Shown: positions 46,411 through 50,301 of the stretch, in pieces
Layout of the letters: each line of letters begins with the position of its first letter
Numbering within the stretch: the first letter of the stretch is position 1
Assembly: GCA_029775875.1 (NCBI GenBank)
Contig: JARVKD010000004.1
Location: 1 to 50,301 of the forward strand
Length of the DNA stretch: 50,301 nucleotides
DNA from: Nitrososphaeria archaeon
GTDB taxonomy: Archaea; Thermoproteota; Nitrososphaeria; Nitrososphaerales; JACAEJ01
Direction: 5' to 3'
Made by a program: the position numbers and the translations under genes
The notes under the pieces: generated by a model
Database searches by the model: none
The model's input: the letters and a program-made list of their open reading frames with translations, nothing else
What the model was told of the DNA's origin: nothing

Positions 46411-47478
46411 ATGAAGCCCATTAAAGAGATATTAGAAGAAATTTCAAGTCCTATCTCTCCCTTAGAGAGAATCAATATGGCTCTGAGACTTGAGAAACCT
46501 GATAGAGTTCCTATCGCTCCTGTTATAACTATCCACACACCACCTGATCTGAGAAAGGCTGAAGAGTATTTCGAGAAGATATTCATAGATTTGGGAGGAT
46601 GTGATGGTTTTTTCTTCTGGCCTTTGACTTTGATGACTGGTAGAAGTTATACACCAGGCAAGCTTGGTGCCCCTGAAGCTGTAACCATCATGAAGGACTC
46701 AACGGGTTACGACGAACTTATGGAAGAGGGGTTTATGAGTTATCTTTCTCGAGTCTATAGAGAGCAAGACCTTGATGAAGATATAGAGAAAGCCTTGACT
46801 TATGCTGCAGAACAAACAAGGGCATTTGCTCAAAAATGGGAGGAAGAGAGAAAGGTGCCTCTTTACGCAGGGGCTTTGGGTATAGTGCCTTTTGGTTTTC
46901 TTGCCTACGCTAGAGGATTTACAGAAATTGTCAAGGATATCATAAGATATCCATGGAAGATCAACCGAACATGTGATACAATCGTAGATGAGATGACAAA
47001 GCTCTTCATAAAGCTCTGTGAAATATCCAATGTGAGAAGGTTATGGCTGAGTTTTATAAATTCGACTCCTGAGACTGTAGGTCCTCCTCATTTTTCTTCA
47101 TTCGTGTGGCCAACAGCAAGAATTATGATCGAGCAGCTAATAGATGCAAAGATAGTGCCTATATTGCAATTCGATGTTGATGCATCGCCAGTATTCAACT
47201 ACCTTAAAGAACTCCCAAAGGGGGAGTGTATTCTTCATCTAGACAGTTCCACGAATATCATCAAGGCAAAAGAGAGTATCGGGAACCATATGTGCATCAT
47301 GGGCAATGTATCATTCTTGAAATTAGCCACTGAAGAAGATGTCAAGGTCTACTGCAAAGATCTAATCAATCGAGTAGGCGAGAAAGGAGGTTTCATCCTA
47401 AGCTCTGATAATCCAATCGTTATAGATGAAGAGCCCATAGAGAAAGTGAAGGCTATCATAGATGTGAAGAAAACATAA
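46411..47478 (+). CDS. Uroporphyrinogen decarboxylase / MtaA-superfamily protein (divergent)
   Basis: ERI..A...EKPDRVP, PF...A.ARG, F..FVWP, CIMGNV, EEDV..YC..LI.......GGFILSS. Confidence 0.85.
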   Translation: MKPIKEILEEISSPISPLERINMALRLEKPDRVPIAPVITIHTPPDLRKAEEYFEKIFIDLGGCDGFFFWPLTLMTGRSYTPGKLGAPEAVTIMKDSTGYDELMEEGFMSYLSRVYREQDLDEDIEKALTYAAEQTRAFAQKWEEERKVPLYAGALGIVPFGFLAYARGFTEIVKDIIRYPWKINRTCDTIVDEMTKLFIKLCEISNVRRLWLSFINSTPETVGPPHFSSFVWPTARIMIEQLIDAKIVPILQFDVDASPVFNYLKELPKGECILHLDSSTNIIKAKESIGNHMCIMGNVSFLKLATEEDVKVYCKDLINRVGEKGGFILSSDNPIVIDEEPIEKVKAIIDVKKT

Positions 47479-47548
47479 GGGATCTGATTAAGCGTAGATA
47501 TAACATTGGAAGGGTAAAACTAATCGCCATTATGGCATGATTTATTAA

Positions 47549-47582
47549 GCCCAAAGTGCAAGAATATTTTTGCATTTCGGGT
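47549..47582. terminator. Inverted repeat between convergent genes (possible bidirectional terminator)
   Basis: GCCCAAAGTGCAAGAAT/ATTTTTGCATTTCGGGT, near-perfect 17-bp arms when G-U pairs are allowed. Confidence 0.5.
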
Positions 47583-47685
47583 AAGATCTTTAAGAGGGTG
47601 AAATCAAAGCCAAAGACCCATGCCTAGTCTCTTTTTAGAGTAAAAAGCGTTTTTGCGCAGAAATTATAGATTTGAATATTTGTTA

Positions 47686-48342
47686 TCAATAAGAAACTTT
47701 TCCACTGGTAAGAGCCATAGTCCGATAAGCATCATCATCAATAGCTGCAGATATTACTGCTTCCCTTGCCTTCCAAGCCCTAGGTGCAAAGGCAGATATG
47801 AGCAAGTCACCTTCGACAAGAGGAAACTCTTTATTCAATTTCCCAGCCAATGGAGGAAACAAGGCTGAAAGGTCTTCGTAGACTTTAGGGAGGATAAGTC
47901 TGCCCTTCTCGTAAGATATCATCATACATGCTGAAGCACCAGCTCTTACAGCCTTGTCCCTTAGTGCCAATACGTTGAAATTTTTTCTTTGTGGTACATG
48001 TGCGACTGCACAGCAACTATCCAAAGCCAAGAACTCAAAATCGAAGTTCTTGATACTTTTGATCTTGAGTTTTTCCAATATTTTTGATAAAAGATCCGTG
48101 CCAGCCTCAGTTAGCAGTGCACCTTTTTTTGTAGCACGAACGATACCTATGTCTGTAAAATAAGATAAAGCCCCTCTTATGATGCCTTCTGGAATCTCTA
48201 GCTCCTTGACTATTTTATATCTCCCCACAGGCCCCTTCTCCTTTATCAGAAGAAATAACGCTACAATCTTGGGAAACTTGATTTTTCTTTCACGCATAAG
48301 ACCGCCGATAAAATCATCAAGTTCAGAAGAATGAACTAGCAT
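47686..48342 (-). CDS. Second DUF4443-like winged-helix regulator
   Basis: GPVGRYKIVKELEIPEGIIRG wHTH, GALLTEAG, LALRDKAVRAGASA; paralog of 10603-11229. Confidence 0.75.
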   Translation of the reverse strand: MLVHSSELDDFIGGLMRERKIKFPKIVALFLLIKEKGPVGRYKIVKELEIPEGIIRGALSYFTDIGIVRATKKGALLTEAGTDLLSKILEKLKIKSIKNFDFEFLALDSCCAVAHVPQRKNFNVLALRDKAVRAGASACMMISYEKGRLILPKVYEDLSALFPPLAGKLNKEFPLVEGDLLISAFAPRAWKAREAVISAAIDDDAYRTMALTSGKVSY

Positions 48343-48421
48343 CTTTGGTCTTCAATAGTATAACGTTGTGAAATATAAATATTGATATTTTTTCTTTAGT
48401 TATATAACACTGCAAAGAATA

Positions 48422-48432
48422 CAATATTGATG
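48422..48432. promoter_or_regulatory. Candidate operator CAATATTGATG
   Basis: Copy 3, 80 nt upstream of the regulator start; a degenerate copy AAATATTGATA at 48377-48387 overlaps its TATA region. Confidence 0.45.
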
Positions 48433-48540
48433 CCACTGTGACTTTAGGTGAATGGGATTGGGCGAGCTTAGTCCAAGGCTAAGCGGGGCTTCGAAAATAC
48501 CAAAATTATCTGATGTTGAACATTAAAAAAGGTTAGAACC

Positions 48541-49560
48541 TTAACTTGGTAATTTATAGTATTCTTTGACAGCAGTGACTATTGCCTTTATGTTTTCTAA
48601 AGGAGATCCTGGTGCAAGACCGCATGCTGGAGCCAATAGATCTACCCCTGCATCAAGTGCCCTTTTAGCTTCTTCTTTGACTTTTTCAGGATTGCCCAAG
48701 AAAATCGTTCTGCTAGTAGATACATTACCAACAATTCTAGACTTACCTGCTGCAGCCTGTTTAGCCATTTTTATGTCGACTTTATCTTCTATGCTTATAG
48801 CATGCGCCCCTGTTTCTGCCATATCCCTGACTATCGGTGCTGCCTCACCACAAATATGAAGTATAAAGTATCCTTTGACAGACCTTATAAGATTCCTTAG
48901 AACTGGTTTCACCAACTCTCTAAAGTCTAGTGGGCTAAGCAGGTTAGGCGATGATGTTGGGTCACATGGGTTAAGGACGTCTGCTCCTGCTTCTATTAGT
49001 GCATTCGCATAGATAATGTTCGCCTCGGTAGTTTTATCTAACAACTCTCTCACATCGTTCCTTCTACTTATCAACCATCTCATGAGATTTTCAGTTCCAA
49101 TTAGATGTCCTGCAAGTGTTATAGGCGCCTCAAATCCCACTATTATCGGTAGTGTATCACCATATTTTTCCTTCAGAATCTTAGTAGCTTCTAAAACAAC
49201 TGGTATGCGACCACGCTTAAGGAAGTCATCGGGAATTTCAAGTTGATCAACAGAAGTAATAGGATGCTCCTTCACCATTGGTTGCCTATCGATCTTGCCT
49301 ATATCTACTCCACCACCTAAAGCTTCAACTTGTACAGTCAAATCAAAGGGGACTCTAGCAGTTTCAAGGCCTGTAAGTTTATAGAGCGAGACTCCTAAAG
49401 TAGCCATCAATTGAGGGTCTTTATGAGCTTCTGGCCATCTTGCATTTACAGCTTCCATTCCTTCGACAATCCCAACTTGTGTTACGCATGTTGGTGGCGT
49501 ATAGTCTTTGGGTTCTCCCAACATCGCGCGAATGAATCTTTCTTTAGGATTCAATTTCAA
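48541..49560 (-). CDS. mtaA: Methylcobamide:CoM methyltransferase (MT2, MtaA/MtbA family)
   Basis: WPEAH.DP..MA, RVPFDLTVQVEALG, GRIPVV, P.TLAGHL.G.E, DPTSSP, Zn ligands LHICG and APACG. Confidence 0.92.
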   Translation of the reverse strand: MKLNPKERFIRAMLGEPKDYTPPTCVTQVGIVEGMEAVNARWPEAHKDPQLMATLGVSLYKLTGLETARVPFDLTVQVEALGGGVDIGKIDRQPMVKEHPITSVDQLEIPDDFLKRGRIPVVLEATKILKEKYGDTLPIIVGFEAPITLAGHLIGTENLMRWLISRRNDVRELLDKTTEANIIYANALIEAGADVLNPCDPTSSPNLLSPLDFRELVKPVLRNLIRSVKGYFILHICGEAAPIVRDMAETGAHAISIEDKVDIKMAKQAAAGKSRIVGNVSTSRTIFLGNPEKVKEEAKRALDAGVDLLAPACGLAPGSPLENIKAIVTAVKEYYKLPS

Positions 49561-49612
49561 TTCAAATCTCCATATAATACAATTAATAGTTTTCGCTTTC
49601 TAAAGAATTCAT

Positions 49613-49648
49613 AAAATAAAAGGTGGGGCATAGCGAAATACGCTATGC
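49613..49648 (-). terminator. Hairpin plus U-tract terminator after the corrinoid protein gene
   Basis: Perfect 8-bp stem GCATAGCG-N5-CGCTATGC (49628-49648) followed on the minus strand by CCCACCTTTTATTTT. Confidence 0.7.
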
Positions 49649-49654
49649 TTCTTC

Positions 49655-50301
49655 TTACCAGCCTTTACCTGTAGCGTACTCTCCGACTACTTCGCTGTAT
49701 TTGATCCTAAGATCCTTCCAACCCATGCCCTTGAGGATGGCATCTGCAAGCTTTGGTGCGTGGTGGGCTTTAGCTCCGAAGAATCCAAGATCGAAGGTTT
49801 CTACCCACTCCTTCGATAGAGCTCCTCCACCACAACCAAATGGAATGTCGATGCCTGCATCCTTGAGCTTTGCAGCTATCTTCGGGAAGTTGGACATGGT
49901 TGTAGTCATTAGAGCAGTTCCTGTGAGCCATATTGGCTTCTCTTTCTTAACAGCATTTACTACTGTCTCTATTGGTACATCTCTTCCTAGGTCTGTCACA
50001 TCATAGCCTGCTGCTCTCAGAAACATTACAACTAGGTTCTTTCCAATATCGTGAGGGTCTCCCTCAGCAACATGGCAGACTACTTTGCCCTTCTTTTCCG
50101 TTGTCTTGCCTAACGCTTTCTCACATTCAGCAATACCAGCCATCATGGCATCAGCAGATACCATGACGTTTGGTAGGAAGTATGTACCACTTGCGTATAG
50201 TGCACCTACTGCATCCATGCCTTTAGCCAATCCCTTCTCGATTACGTCTAGTGGCTTTGTCGTTCTTAATGCATCTTTAACCTTTGATAGGACTGTGTCT
50301 G
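49655..50301 (-). CDS. mtaC: Methyltransferase corrinoid protein (MtaC-like), 5' end off window
   Basis: Frame stays open to the window end (..DTVLSKVKDALRTTKPLDVIEKGLAKGM); YFLPNV, EGDPHDIGKN B12 motif (DxHxxG), DLGRDVP, GTALMTTTM, CGGGA. Confidence 0.9.
   Translation of the reverse strand, partial: DTVLSKVKDALRTTKPLDVIEKGLAKGMDAVGALYASGTYFLPNVMVSADAMMAGIAECEKALGKTTEKKGKVVCHVAEGDPHDIGKNLVVMFLRAAGYDVTDLGRDVPIETVVNAVKKEKPIWLTGTALMTTTMSNFPKIAAKLKDAGIDIPFGCGGGALSKEWVETFDLGFFGAKAHHAPKLADAILKGMGWKDLRIKYSEVVGEYATGKGW

Noticed and set aside
48484-48493. Minus-strand GAAGCCCCGC resembling IS200/IS605 right-end sequences
   Set aside because: The expected CCCCGC...GCGGGG hairpin is absent and there is no tnpA/tnpB in the window
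1239-50166. Many antisense or nested ORFs in the track (e.g. 1752-2087, 5695-6171, 7108-7809, 9460-9861, 26754-27158, 49623-50006)
   Set aside because: They overlap well-supported genes, mostly on the opposite strand, and show no recognisable motifs; they are shadow ORFs
38605-50301. Pyrrolysine (TAG) or selenocysteine (TGA) read-through in the methyltransferase island
   Set aside because: All island proteins look full length at their stops; no mtmB/mtbB/mttB, pyl genes or split ORFs seen
1-50301. CRISPR arrays, rRNA, tRNA, transposases, integrases
   Set aside because: By eye I found no regularly spaced repeats, no cloverleaf with a T-loop in intergenic space and no recombinase motifs; short or intron-split RNAs could have been missed

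Overview
Gene-dense, AT-rich archaeal chromosome segment with about 58 CDSs. The gene content points to a TACK-group archaeon: SRP54, aIF5A, Pus10, TgtA, eL43, eL38, an eL22-like protein, a proteasome-exosome superoperon and aconitase-X/UbiD archaeal mevalonate genes. My impression is a basal Nitrososphaeria/Thaumarchaeota-like lineage, but this is inference and was not checked. Bases 1-38.5 kb are mostly housekeeping. They include a CopZ-CopA-CopZ copper cluster, a non-canonical P2-type ATPase, a clear C/D-box guide sRNA (5330-5391), CbiA/CfbB, and nucleotide, lipid and isoprenoid genes. Bases 38.6-50.3 kb form a methylotrophy/corrinoid island: AOR-family oxidoreductase plus ferredoxin, two paralogous unknown proteins, a G3E GTPase, an AmiS/UreI-like channel, an atypical thioredoxin, RamA, a URO-D-fold protein lacking Zn ligands, a DUF4443-like regulator, MtaA and MtaC (cut by the window edge). 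A shared candidate operator (CAATATTSATG) lies upstream of three island genes. I found no rRNA, tRNA, CRISPR array or transposase. All family calls come from motif recognition by eye, with no database searches.
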